Source: a virus
Lineage: Duplodnaviria; Caudoviricetes
IMG/VR virus record: IMGVR_UViG_3300027581_000011
Coordinates: 1-43,978 of that record
Length of the DNA stretch: 43,978 bases
Reading direction: 5' to 3' (one strand)
Below are positions 33,232 to 42,941 of this stretch, in pieces. The position numbers and the translations under genes are program-made. The first letter of the stretch is position 1; each line of letters opens with the position of its first letter. The notes under the pieces are model-generated. The model was not told the origin of the DNA. It did not search any database and saw only the letters and a program-made list of their open reading frames with translations.

Positions 33232-36200
33232 TGTTTGAAGACAAAGACCTACAATCATTTTTAGAGACTGCTGATACTGTTAGAACTAAGTCAGCAGTTA
33301 TTGCAGAACTAAATATGAATAGAACAAATAATATTAGGCATATTGGAAACTATAGATACAGACCAACACAGACATCGTCAGTCTATTCTTCTTTACCAAC
33401 AAGTTTTGACATTAATGACTCTGGAAATTTTTATACAGGAGCAACTGACGCAGATGTTTCGATTGATGGCACTTTTGAAAATGAGACTACTCCAACTCCC
33501 TTTTTAAGTAAAAAAGAAAAAATACAGACCCTATACTCGCTAGAGAGTTGTTTTGAAAAATTTAGACCAAGGTCTGGAATAAATAAGGCAGTATATTTTG
33601 AAAATGTAAAACTTCATCATCCTAATATGTTTATGGCAGATAGACCAAGGTATTATATGCCAGAGAAAAAAGACAAGTTTAAGTACTGGACATCTTATAG
33701 AACGGAGTCTGGTAAAGAATATGGGATTTCATCAAACGTAAATGGTACTCAGAATTATATTGAAGACGCTTGCCCTTTTGTGGTTTATAAAAATAAAGTG
33801 CCAACAAACAGGGTTGTGCTCAAGATGCAAACGCATACTGGAACTGAAGACCTGGGACCATTCTCATCTTCAACAGGCTCTTTTATTGATCCATTTTACG
33901 GAGAAGTAAATCAAAAGGTTCCAAGTAAGTGGAAGATTCAATTCTTAAAAGATAATAATTGGCAAGATGTTATTTCTTTTAATTCATCAAAAAGAAGAAA
34001 AGATGGTTCTGCAATTATCAAGAGCGATGGGTATGTTGAAATTGCTTATGGGTTTATTGTTCCAGATGAATGGGTAGACACATTTGTATTTGCAGAGACA
34101 TACTCAAGCGATATTCTTCTTCCTGAAAAGTCTGTGTTAGGCTATGCATATCTTATAAAAGAAAATAGCAGTGATGTAGGAAAGTATCATATATGGAACG
34201 GAACTGGCTACACAGTAGTAACTCCAAAGTATGGATGGTATGTTCAGGATGAAACTGTTGACAGACTGACTAATTTTCTTACAGATGCAACATCTCCAGA
34301 TCAGTTTGTAAACTCACTAAACAATAAGATTCAGTACAGGGAGTTTGAATACATATCTGGAATTAGAATTGTTGTAGATTCAATGACCTCAAAAGACTCA
34401 ACATTTGACCTTATTGAAATATCTCCTAGACTCACTATGAACCTTTCTGATAAAGTTATAAATTATTCAATCAATAAAAGTGCTTCTGACTTAGGACTAA
34501 GCGGTTTGCCTGTTGGCCAATTAGTTGCATCAAACGGAAGCGTTAATATATTTGATCATGACCAAGCATTTAATGATAATAATCCGTTAAGTATTATAGC
34601 AAAGTATGTAGACAGTCATGTACAGTTTAAGTTTTATGAAATTATTATAGATGTTAATGGTTGGGACTATTGGGTTCCAATGAAAACATTATACTCAGAC
34701 TCATTTCCAAAAGCAGATTTAGAGAATAAAAGAATTGCAATATCTTTAAGGGATATGTATTGGTACTTAGAATCACTTACGGCACCAGAAATATTGATGA
34801 CAGAGGTTTCTGTTAGTTCTGCAGTATCTCTTTTGTTAGACAGTATTGGATTTTCTAATTACACATTTAAAAGAGTTTCAGGTGAAAAAGAAATGATTAT
34901 GCCATTCTTTTTTGTTGCTCCAGATAAAAGTGTTGCACAAGTACTACAAGACTTAGCAGTATCAACACAGACAGCGATGTTTTTTGACGAATACAATAAT
35001 TTTGTTATGATGAGCAAAGACCATATAATGCCAACCGTTGCACAGAGACCTACGACCTTTGCTCTTAAGGGGACTAATGATTTATATCAAGACAAAGAAA
35101 TAAAAAATAAAACATCAGACAACTCCAAATTAGCAAATATTATTTCAGTTTCAAACGAATCAAACTCGGTATACAACGGAGGGTCGATAAATTATACTGT
35201 AAGACATATTCAAAGATCTATTGGAACTCTAAGACAAGCAAGTCTTTTAGAAGATGAAAGAATGTATGTGTATAAGCCAGCCCTTCTTTGGGAGGTCTCT
35301 GGTACTGAAAATACAAAGTCAATAAACAATGAGGTTGGAACACAGTCTTCTTATGTCCTTGCTGCCATACCTTTAAATTCTAACCTATCAAAAAATGTTC
35401 CAGAAGTAAAAAACGGCATAGTAATAAATAATACATTTAGCCTTGGAGAAGCCATATACTGGATCACCAGATACAACGGGTATTTCTACTCTGGTGGAGA
35501 AGTAATAAAATATGATGCAGTTCAATATAATGTTACTGGGTTTGGCAATGTTTGGATATCCTCCGTTGAAGAGTACCAGAATTATTTCTCTAAATTGCCA
35601 TTTAATGGAAAGATCTACCCTACTGGCCTTGTAAGGATTTACTCTGTTCCTAATTACTTTGAGCAAGAAGGAGTTATCAAACTTAAGAATGGTCCAGTAG
35701 CAAAGCATGGTCGTGGTCAGTTTGGAACGACAGTTGTAGAACATTCTGCTGGAATATCTGATTACTGGAAATCTGATGATAACGTAAAGGGCTGCTCTAT
35801 GGCCTCAGAATATTTGTTTGAAACAAAAACTGATTCTCCAGTAACCACTGTTGCATCAGCAGGAAAGACATTGAGTACTGGCATTTCATCAGATGCCTTA
35901 GCAAGAACTTCAACAAGAACAGGACTTATTAAAAATTTCTTATCAACTTCTTTAACAGGAGAAATAACCACAAAGACTCAACAAGTTCCTGGCTCTGTGC
36001 AGTCATCAGCCTTTTGTTTAAATGGACCTAACTTTACAACAAAAGATAAACCAAGAGATTTTATATCATATGTTCATAAGCCTTTGACAGATAAAAAATA
36101 TAAGCATTTTGGTACAAGGGTAAGACTAGTTGGTAAAATAGAAAACAATCAGGACAGAGGTCAGACTGCTAATGGTGCAGCAGCATACTATACTGTAAAC

Positions 36201-37523
36201 GGATCTACACCAGATAGAAATGTTACAATTTCTGGAGGCTCTGCTGGAATAGCAGTAATGCTAAACCCAACTACCAACGTTGGTTATTATTTTGAAATTG
36301 CAGCCCTTGGTCTAAACAAACTATCAGAAAAACAAAAAGAAGATGTCCAAAATGTTTTATTTTATAAGATTAAGTCTAATGAAGGAAAGGCAATCCCAGT
36401 CTTACTATATAAGGGTTTGGCTAAGATCATTGTAGATGACGGTAAATTTACAGGCCAGTCAAGGCTGTTTGCTGAAGAAAATCCGACGGTATATGACTTA
36501 GCAGTAGAGTATGAAAACATAGGGAAAATAAGAAGATTCTATCTATACATAAATGGAACACTAGTAAAGACAGTAGACGATACTGATCCACTGCTAGAGT
36601 ATTCAAACATTGCACTATTTACTAGAGGTTCTTCAAGAGCGATGTTTGAGAATGTATATGCTTTGTGCAACAACTATTCACAGAATACATCCTTTTCTTT
36701 AGGAACCGTTTCAAACTCTGTGTTTGGAGATTCTGATATTGATGCAAACAATTCTTTTAGAAAATATGCTCTTAGTGGGCTTATACAAAATACCTATCTT
36801 ACAGGAGTAGGATCCTCAGAGCCACCAAAATATAATATTTATTTTGAAGAGTTTGGAAGCATAATGAGAGAGGTAGCAGAATTTAATTTTAGATATGATA
36901 AAGCATACCCAGCACTTACTGCAAAAATTTCTCCTACCTTTAATAAGGTAAAGGGGTTTGTCGTTTCTGGATTTAGAGCAGGCTCTTATGGAGCAGAGTT
37001 CTTGGTGTTTAATGCAACAGATACTCTTCTCAGCCTAGACGAAACAAGCGGAAACTATTTAAGAATTCAGGGAATTACTTTTACTCAACAGTCAAACAAC
37101 ACTTTAACAGTTGATCAGTATTTTACAAAAAATAGTCTTATGTCAGATCCAAAGTTTGTTGCAGATAAATTAATTTCAAATCCTTTTAAATTTAAGTTAG
37201 ACTATGAAGACATTAAGTTTAGCAGAATGCAACATGGTAAAAAAGATTTTTCTTTAGACGCTGCCTATATTCAGTCACAAGATGAGGCATCAGAACTAAT
37301 GAAGTGGCTTGTTACAAAAATATCAAAACCAAGAAAGTCTTTAGGTGTTAAGATATTCTCTATTCCAACAATCCAACTTGGAGATATTGTTAGTTTAGAT
37401 TATAATGAAAATGGAATAGATATTGCAGCAGACCCTTCTAATAGATTTGTTGTATATAATATTGATTTTTCAAGAAGTACTAATGGTCCAGAGATGCAAC
37501 TATTTTTAAGTGAGGTGATATAG
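33231..37523 (+). CDS. tail tip / baseplate hub (Tal-like) protein
   Basis: Large protein after Dit. SVAQVLQDLAVSTQ.AMFFDEYNNFV and a C-terminal YIQS...A..L....P.IQLGDIV.L hub signature. Start reassigned to ATG 33231 (TAATG overlap). Confidence 0.7.
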   Translation: MFEDKDLQSFLETADTVRTKSAVIAELNMNRTNNIRHIGNYRYRPTQTSSVYSSLPTSFDINDSGNFYTGATDADVSIDGTFENETTPTPFLSKKEKIQTLYSLESCFEKFRPRSGINKAVYFENVKLHHPNMFMADRPRYYMPEKKDKFKYWTSYRTESGKEYGISSNVNGTQNYIEDACPFVVYKNKVPTNRVVLKMQTHTGTEDLGPFSSSTGSFIDPFYGEVNQKVPSKWKIQFLKDNNWQDVISFNSSKRRKDGSAIIKSDGYVEIAYGFIVPDEWVDTFVFAETYSSDILLPEKSVLGYAYLIKENSSDVGKYHIWNGTGYTVVTPKYGWYVQDETVDRLTNFLTDATSPDQFVNSLNNKIQYREFEYISGIRIVVDSMTSKDSTFDLIEISPRLTMNLSDKVINYSINKSASDLGLSGLPVGQLVASNGSVNIFDHDQAFNDNNPLSIIAKYVDSHVQFKFYEIIIDVNGWDYWVPMKTLYSDSFPKADLENKRIAISLRDMYWYLESLTAPEILMTEVSVSSAVSLLLDSIGFSNYTFKRVSGEKEMIMPFFFVAPDKSVAQVLQDLAVSTQTAMFFDEYNNFVMMSKDHIMPTVAQRPTTFALKGTNDLYQDKEIKNKTSDNSKLANIISVSNESNSVYNGGSINYTVRHIQRSIGTLRQASLLEDERMYVYKPALLWEVSGTENTKSINNEVGTQSSYVLAAIPLNSNLSKNVPEVKNGIVINNTFSLGEAIYWITRYNGYFYSGGEVIKYDAVQYNVTGFGNVWISSVEEYQNYFSKLPFNGKIYPTGLVRIYSVPNYFEQEGVIKLKNGPVAKHGRGQFGTTVVEHSAGISDYWKSDDNVKGCSMASEYLFETKTDSPVTTVASAGKTLSTGISSDALARTSTRTGLIKNFLSTSLTGEITTKTQQVPGSVQSSAFCLNGPNFTTKDKPRDFISYVHKPLTDKKYKHFGTRVRLVGKIENNQDRGQTANGAAAYYTVNGSTPDRNVTISGGSAGIAVMLNPTTNVGYYFEIAALGLNKLSEKQKEDVQNVLFYKIKSNEGKAIPVLLYKGLAKIIVDDGKFTGQSRLFAEENPTVYDLAVEYENIGKIRRFYLYINGTLVKTVDDTDPLLEYSNIALFTRGSSRAMFENVYALCNNYSQNTSFSLGTVSNSVFGDSDIDANNSFRKYALSGLIQNTYLTGVGSSEPPKYNIYFEEFGSIMREVAEFNFRYDKAYPALTAKISPTFNKVKGFVVSGFRAGSYGAEFLVFNATDTLLSLDETSGNYLRIQGITFTQQSNNTLTVDQYFTKNSLMSDPKFVADKLISNPFKFKLDYEDIKFSRMQHGKKDFSLDAAYIQSQDEASELMKWLVTKISKPRKSLGVKIFSIPTIQLGDIVSLDYNENGIDIAADPSNRFVVYNIDFSRSTNGPEMQLFLSEVI

Positions 37524-38086
37524 TGGTAGATACAGGAACACCAGCAACAGCAGGAATCCCAGATCCAGTCAAGACAAATACGTCTGACGCTGTAAAAATT
37601 GCAACACCAGACCTTCTCGTATTTGGAGACGAAGTTGTTGCTATTGAAGTAATGACAGATCTTATATTTGAAGATATCGGTGGTTTTGAACTTGCAACAA
37701 TATCCAGACATGATTTGGTAAATGGTCAAGCAGTAACGTATGCACCAATTAAAAATTTAACAGATCTTTATCTACAGTATAATCCAAATAATATTTTAGC
37801 CCTTCAGTCATCTGATTCATATTTTAAATCTTTATCTTTGTCTATTTTTGATCATATCCCCGTTTGTGGAACTGGCTATGACATCTCCCCACCAGAAAGC
37901 AACCCAACAGAACAAGACAAAACTAAGTGGATAAAAACACCCAACTGTAAGTCAGTCTACATAGACCCGTATACGGGAGACCTGATTATTAATTTAGTTA
38001 ATGTTAAAGAAAATGAGCGGGTAGAGGTTCAGATTCTTGCTGATGGAGAAATTTTTAATGATACAATGTATGATGGGAGTAATTAA
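37523..38086 (+). CDS. putative minor tail protein
   Basis: Coupled (TAGTG) within the tail tip operon. Confidence 0.55.
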   Translation: MVDTGTPATAGIPDPVKTNTSDAVKIATPDLLVFGDEVVAIEVMTDLIFEDIGGFELATISRHDLVNGQAVTYAPIKNLTDLYLQYNPNNILALQSSDSYFKSLSLSIFDHIPVCGTGYDISPPESNPTEQDKTKWIKTPNCKSVYIDPYTGDLIINLVNVKENERVEVQILADGEIFNDTMYDGSN

Positions 38087-39237
38087 TGATAACTAATATA
38101 GGTAAAAATATTTTAGCCAAGTATCTTGTAGGACAGACCCAATCATATGCCTCACACATTGCTGTAGGCTGTGGACCCACCCCAGTGGCTTCTGACGGGG
38201 GTAATTTGGGAGACTACGCACTAAAGAAGTCCTTGGACTTTGAGATGTTCCGTGTTCCAATTATATCTAGAGGTTTCGTAAATGAGGACGGTATTGACAA
38301 GGTAGTCCTGACCGCAGAACTACCGACAGAAGAAAGATATGAGATAACAGAAGTTGGAGTGTTCTCTGCTGGATCAAATCCAATTGCTGGATCTTTTGAT
38401 AGTAGAACTGTTTATTCTTTTGCAGACTCAGATAATTGGCTATACCAACCACTTGGTGCTTCTGCTATAGATATTCCAGTTAGATATGGTCCTCTTGATG
38501 GTGATTCCGAAAACGGTGTAATAAATGAAGCAGCCACTGTCTTTGCAACAAATGCAGACAATAGAATTTTTACAAACCCAACTAGAATAGCAAGAAATGA
38601 AAGATGTAGATTCTTAAACAATATAATTGCAATGGCTGGAAACACTTCTACACTTACAGCAACATCACTTGGTAAATTACAAATTACTCCTGGATCTAAG
38701 TTTATTAGATTAAATGAAACATCTGTAGATTTTACAAAAAATAGTCCATTAGATGAACTAAGGCTTGCATTCTCCGTTGTAAGCAAAAGCCCTAGTGCAA
38801 ACACGGTCCCAGACAATGTTAAAGTTTTACTTGAGTTTTCTTACACTGGCACAAACAATACTAACGAGTATGCAAGGTTTGAGGTTAATATTGATGATAT
38901 AACTAATACTACTGGAACAGCAACAGACAAAAGAAATCTTGCAACAAACAGATACCTAGTAGTAAAAAAAGCGTTTAAAGATTTGGTTAAAACAGATAAC
39001 TTTGATTGGAGAGAGGTCTCTGTGGCAAAAATTTATTCTTGTGTTACTGAAGCAGGATCTCCGTCTAATTTGTTTTATGTTTGCTTAGATGGATTAAGAT
39101 TAGAAAACACATCATCTACAAACTCTTTGTACGGCCTTACAGGATACTCTGTAATTAAAAGTGTTGGTGCAAAGCCAATTATAAAGTCAGCAAACACAAC
39201 AAACTATATTGAATTTAGATTTGCTTTGGGTGTTTAG
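38086..39237 (+). CDS. putative baseplate/tail-collar fibre-anchoring protein
   Basis: MITN.GK..LAKYL...SHIAVG.G and EITEVGVF resemble tail-collar/fibre N-terminal domains. Confidence 0.55.
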   Translation: MITNIGKNILAKYLVGQTQSYASHIAVGCGPTPVASDGGNLGDYALKKSLDFEMFRVPIISRGFVNEDGIDKVVLTAELPTEERYEITEVGVFSAGSNPIAGSFDSRTVYSFADSDNWLYQPLGASAIDIPVRYGPLDGDSENGVINEAATVFATNADNRIFTNPTRIARNERCRFLNNIIAMAGNTSTLTATSLGKLQITPGSKFIRLNETSVDFTKNSPLDELRLAFSVVSKSPSANTVPDNVKVLLEFSYTGTNNTNEYARFEVNIDDITNTTGTATDKRNLATNRYLVVKKAFKDLVKTDNFDWREVSVAKIYSCVTEAGSPSNLFYVCLDGLRLENTSSTNSLYGLTGYSVIKSVGAKPIIKSANTTNYIEFRFALGV

Positions 39238-39239
39238 TT

Positions 39240-39695
39240 ATGGCAGACAAAGGAATAAGAAACATTGTCATTAAAAAAGATTTGCTTGGCAGAGTAACCT
39301 TTTCAAACTCAAGAGTTGTTAGATTTAGGATTGTTGCAGAAGATCAAAATAGAAAATCGGCATTTTCAAAAATTTTTATTACTAATTCACAGGATGTTGT
39401 ATTTGGTACAGGAGATCTTAATCTCGTTGGCAATACTGTTCTTGCAAACTGGTCTGTTAGCCAGGCATCAACACAAACAGAATATGACATTTTTGTAGGA
39501 TTTGATGGAGCAACACCAACATACTCAGGATCTACAACATCACAAAATTATTCTTTTTTAAAAAATGGAACACAGTCTGTAAGGGTAGTTGTTCAAGTTG
39601 CCTCTATTAGCCCAAAACTTGCAGACGTATATGATCAGAATAATGTAAAAACAAACCACTTAGAGGTCTATTCTAAAACCTTGAGTCTGGTATAA
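39240..39695 (+). CDS. putative minor tail protein (Ig/Fn3-like)
   Basis: Beta-rich (ANWS...EYDIFV...YSF...VRVVVQV); tail operon context. Confidence 0.45.
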   Translation: MADKGIRNIVIKKDLLGRVTFSNSRVVRFRIVAEDQNRKSAFSKIFITNSQDVVFGTGDLNLVGNTVLANWSVSQASTQTEYDIFVGFDGATPTYSGSTTSQNYSFLKNGTQSVRVVVQVASISPKLADVYDQNNVKTNHLEVYSKTLSLV

Positions 39696-39696
39696 T
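39688..39696 (+). promoter_or_regulatory. extended -10 promoter TGGTATAAT (leaderless start at 39703)
   Basis: Overlaps the upstream stop codon; TATAAT 39691-39696 lies 6 nt before ATG. Confidence 0.65.
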
Positions 39697-39702
39697 TATA
39701 GT

Positions 39703-40146
39703 ATGGCAATTTTACCCGTACCAGAGCGAGGACAACCTTTAGACGTAACATATATCTACCAGATTGTTAAGGCTATTAATGATCTTTCCGTTCAGGTCTC
39801 TCCATCAAACTCTAAGTATGTAACAGTAGATACTCCAAATGCTGGAAAGCAAAGCGTTAAGGCATCTGAAGCAAGAGTTATTGGGGGCTATGTTCAGGTT
39901 ACAACAAGCACAACCCAGACTGCTGGAGCCTCTCAGTCATTTTCTTATGACTTCCCAAGCGAGTTTAAGTTTGCTCCAGTAGTAACAGCAACACCAGTAA
40001 ATGTTGGAAATACTGATGCTGGTAAAGACGTAACTGTTACACTCAAAAGCGTTTCAACCTCAAAGGTTGAGGGAACTATTAAGTTCAATGCTGGAGGAGA
40101 CACAAGCGTTGGTATCAACTTAGTAATCATTGGAATACCAAATTAA
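39703..40146 (+). CDS. putative tail fibre tip / H-type-lectin-like protein
   Basis: The F...FKFAPVVTAT ... VTLKSVSTS ... INLVIIG pattern is typical of small trimeric fibre-tip domains. Confidence 0.5.
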   Translation: MAILPVPERGQPLDVTYIYQIVKAINDLSVQVSPSNSKYVTVDTPNAGKQSVKASEARVIGGYVQVTTSTTQTAGASQSFSYDFPSEFKFAPVVTATPVNVGNTDAGKDVTVTLKSVSTSKVEGTIKFNAGGDTSVGINLVIIGIPN

Positions 40147-40337
40147 TGATCAAATGTCAAAAATGTAACGGAAGAATGTTCATCGATAGACAGTATACAG
40201 AGATAAACAATCTAGAGTTATATTGCATTATGTGCGGATTAAGAAAATTTTTTCATCCGCCTAACAATTCTCAGGAGGGCCGATGGCTACTAAAAAAGGA
40301 ACAATTGAGAGCGAAAAATACAATGAGTCACCTGTAA
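40146..40337 (+). CDS. zinc-ribbon protein
   Basis: CQKC...CIMCG, 63 aa; TAATG coupling. Confidence 0.75.
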   Translation: MIKCQKCNGRMFIDRQYTEINNLELYCIMCGLRKFFHPPNNSQEGRWLLKKEQLRAKNTMSHL

Positions 40338-40825
40338 TTCCAGGTAACAAAAAGGTTTGGTTTCTTAATGGAGACCTTGTAAGGATCCATCACATAAATA
40401 GATCAAATGGAATAATGTCTGTTTATAATATTACAAAAGATCAAATAGAAAGTTGCTTGATCGGAGACTTCAAAAACAAAAGAGAACGAGCCTACACTGT
40501 AGGCCAGACTGCTGATTTAGTTAATCGTCATAAAAAATATATGCCTGATTTAATGAAGAGAGGCGTAATCCCTGCACCTACTGGATCTCAAAAGGGTGGG
40601 GCTAGAGGTTTTCAAGTAAGATCATATTATTCAGAATCGCAGGTAAAGGCAATACGTGATATACTTGCTTCATACCATATTGGTAGACCAAGAAAAGACA
40701 AATTAATAACAAACGATATTACGCCCAGCAAGCAAGAGTTGACACGCAGGATGGGCGATGGTATACTTACTTATAGGAAAACAGAAGATGGAAGGTTTGT
40801 TCCAATCTGGAACGAGTCTATTTAA
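40283..40825 (+). CDS. MerR-like helix-turn-helix DNA-binding protein
   Basis: SD AGGAGG at 40273-40278. AYTVGQTADLVNRHKKYMPDLMKRGVIPAP...RSYYSESQV resembles a MerR-type HTH plus wing. Confidence 0.65.
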   Translation: MATKKGTIESEKYNESPVIPGNKKVWFLNGDLVRIHHINRSNGIMSVYNITKDQIESCLIGDFKNKRERAYTVGQTADLVNRHKKYMPDLMKRGVIPAPTGSQKGGARGFQVRSYYSESQVKAIRDILASYHIGRPRKDKLITNDITPSKQELTRRMGDGILTYRKTEDGRFVPIWNESI

Positions 40826-40838
40826 CGAGGGGTATAAA

Positions 40839-41048
40839 ATGGAAAACGAAGAGACAAAGGTATCCGTTACACTTGGATACACGCTTAATCTTGGCAACTT
40901 TCAATCACTAAGACTTGATCTTGGAGTTGTTGATTCAAAGCGCAACGGAGAAAATATTGATCAGGCTTTTGAGCGTGTCTACAAGTTTGTTGAAGATAAA
41001 CTTACAGACAAGATCAAAGAAGCACAAGAAGAGGCTGCTGAAGCATAA
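40839..41048 (+). CDS. conserved hypothetical phage protein
   Basis: SD GAGGGG before ATG 40839 (start reassigned); motif V.VTLGYTLNLGNFQSLRLD. Confidence 0.7.
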   Translation: MENEETKVSVTLGYTLNLGNFQSLRLDLGVVDSKRNGENIDQAFERVYKFVEDKLTDKIKEAQEEAAEA

Positions 41049-41356
41049 TGGCCGAACGCAAAGACCGTATGGCTTTGCTTTCAAGATACAGCAAGTATCA
41101 TACCGCAAGGTACGAATCAAAGCCATCTCTTAATCTAAATGTAGAGCAGTGGGCTTCTGATGCCCTTGTAGAATCATACACACTGCCAGGATGCTACGAT
41201 ATACTTGAGTATTACTTTACCGTTTCGGAAACCCCCTCATGGAATTACTTTGCATACAATGCAGAGAAAATATTACAGGCAAAGAAAGATAGACTAAAGG
41301 ATAGTCAAGAAAGAGCAGAGCGTAGGAAAATGGCAAAGGAGTGGTTAAGTGAATAA
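41048..41356 (+). CDS. hypothetical protein (possible helicase loader/accessory)
   Basis: Coupled to the upstream gene and overlaps the helicase start; function inferred from position only. Confidence 0.6.
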   Translation: MAERKDRMALLSRYSKYHTARYESKPSLNLNVEQWASDALVESYTLPGCYDILEYYFTVSETPSWNYFAYNAEKILQAKKDRLKDSQERAERRKMAKEWLSE

Positions 41357-42572
41357 CACAGAAGCAAAATTACTTACGGCTGTTTTAAAAGATAAGCAGA
41401 TCCATGTTCTTCTTCAGGCAAATGTTGACAACCTTCTAAGAACTCACGGAGACATCTGGAACTTTGTAAGATTATATTTTGAAAATAACTCAGCCCTTCC
41501 ACCAACAGAATTGGTTACTGAAAAGTTTAGAGACTTTGAGCCTGTGGCTGGTATCGGTGCCACAAAGCATCATCTTGAAGAACTTCAAGGAGAATATTTA
41601 ACAGATAGCCTTAAAGACATTATTAGATCCGCAGCATCTGAGATTCAGAACAACAATGGAACTGGGGCTCTTAACGAACTCATTACAAAAACCTCAGAAC
41701 TAAAAAAGAATACTGCTGCAATTCGTGATATCGATGTTACAGACCTTGAGTCAGCAGTTGCTTATTTTGAAAATGTAAAGAAGCAACAAGCACTAGGTCA
41801 TATTGGCATCAAGACTGGCTTGCCAGGATTTGATAACTATCTGCCATCTGGGATTATGCCAGGGCAGTTAGGAGTCTTCTTGGCATACCCAGGTATAGGA
41901 AAGTCTTGGTTAGCCCTGTACTTCGCTGTGCAGGCATGGAAGCAGGGTAAGACACCCCTTGTAATATCACTTGAGATGTCAGAGACAGAAGTCAGAAATC
42001 GTGTATTCACCATTATGGGAGAAGGCCGTTGGTCTCATAGAAAGATTAGTAATGGTGAAATTGAGATTGATATGCTAAAGGAATGGCATGCAAAGCATCT
42101 TCAGGGTAAGCCAGAGTTTCATATTATTTCCAACGATCAGGGTGGAGAGATTAATCCATCAGTTCTTCGTGGAAAGATTGATCAATACAAGCCAGACTTT
42201 GTAATCGTTGACTATCTTCAATTGATGGCTCCTAATCAGAAGTCAGAAAATGAAACGGTACGAATGAAGAACCTTTCAAGAGAACTCAAACTAATGGCTA
42301 TTGGCGAAGAGGTTCCTATCATTGCTATCTCATCTGCTACCCCAGATGACGTTAACGACCTCTCTACGGTACCTACACTGGGTCAAACGGCATGGTCTAG
42401 ACAGATTGCTTATGATGCTGACTGGGTGCTTGCATTAGGCCGTGGGACAAACAGTGATATCATTGAATGTGCATTCCGTAAAAACCGTAATGGATTTATG
42501 GGAGACTTCCTAGTCCAGTGTGACTTTGACAAGGGATATTATAGATATAAAGACTTTGAGGATAAAAATTAA
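41349..42572 (+). CDS. dnaB: DnaB-like replicative helicase
   Basis: TGLPGFD, Walker A AYPGIGKS, SLEMS, Walker B VIVDYLQL, SRELKLMA, DADWVL and KNRNG. Confidence 0.92.
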   Translation: MNNTEAKLLTAVLKDKQIHVLLQANVDNLLRTHGDIWNFVRLYFENNSALPPTELVTEKFRDFEPVAGIGATKHHLEELQGEYLTDSLKDIIRSAASEIQNNNGTGALNELITKTSELKKNTAAIRDIDVTDLESAVAYFENVKKQQALGHIGIKTGLPGFDNYLPSGIMPGQLGVFLAYPGIGKSWLALYFAVQAWKQGKTPLVISLEMSETEVRNRVFTIMGEGRWSHRKISNGEIEIDMLKEWHAKHLQGKPEFHIISNDQGGEINPSVLRGKIDQYKPDFVIVDYLQLMAPNQKSENETVRMKNLSRELKLMAIGEEVPIIAISSATPDDVNDLSTVPTLGQTAWSRQIAYDADWVLALGRGTNSDIIECAFRKNRNGFMGDFLVQCDFDKGYYRYKDFEDKN

Positions 42573-42593
42573 GATAAGTAGTTATAATATGGT

Positions 42594-42941
42594 ATGTCAA
42601 AAAAGAACAGTGGTTCATACCATCACAAGCCAATTAAGAGGTTTTACCTTGATGGAATAATCCATGACGATTCAATGATCGGAAGACTTAAAAATGAGTA
42701 TGTTCGGTTATTAACAATAGAGATGAAACTTAGTGGATATGTTCCAAGACTTGATCTTGACCCAGACTTCACTATAAGGTATAATGAGATAAAGAACTTT
42801 TTTGAATTTGAGTTATCAGTGCAGGCAGTCTACGCAGGGAAAAGGAAAAGCGAATGGATAGCAGGAATAGACGGAACCAATCCAATATTTATTCTGCAGA
42901 GCAAGTCAAGCGAGTCCTTACAGGATCGGGTATTACCGTAG
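42594..42941 (+). CDS. hypothetical protein
   Basis: TATAAT 42583-42588 lies 5 nt upstream; the 3' end overlaps the primase gene. Confidence 0.65.
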   Translation: MSKKNSGSYHHKPIKRFYLDGIIHDDSMIGRLKNEYVRLLTIEMKLSGYVPRLDLDPDFTIRYNEIKNFFEFELSVQAVYAGKRKSEWIAGIDGTNPIFILQSKSSESLQDRVLP

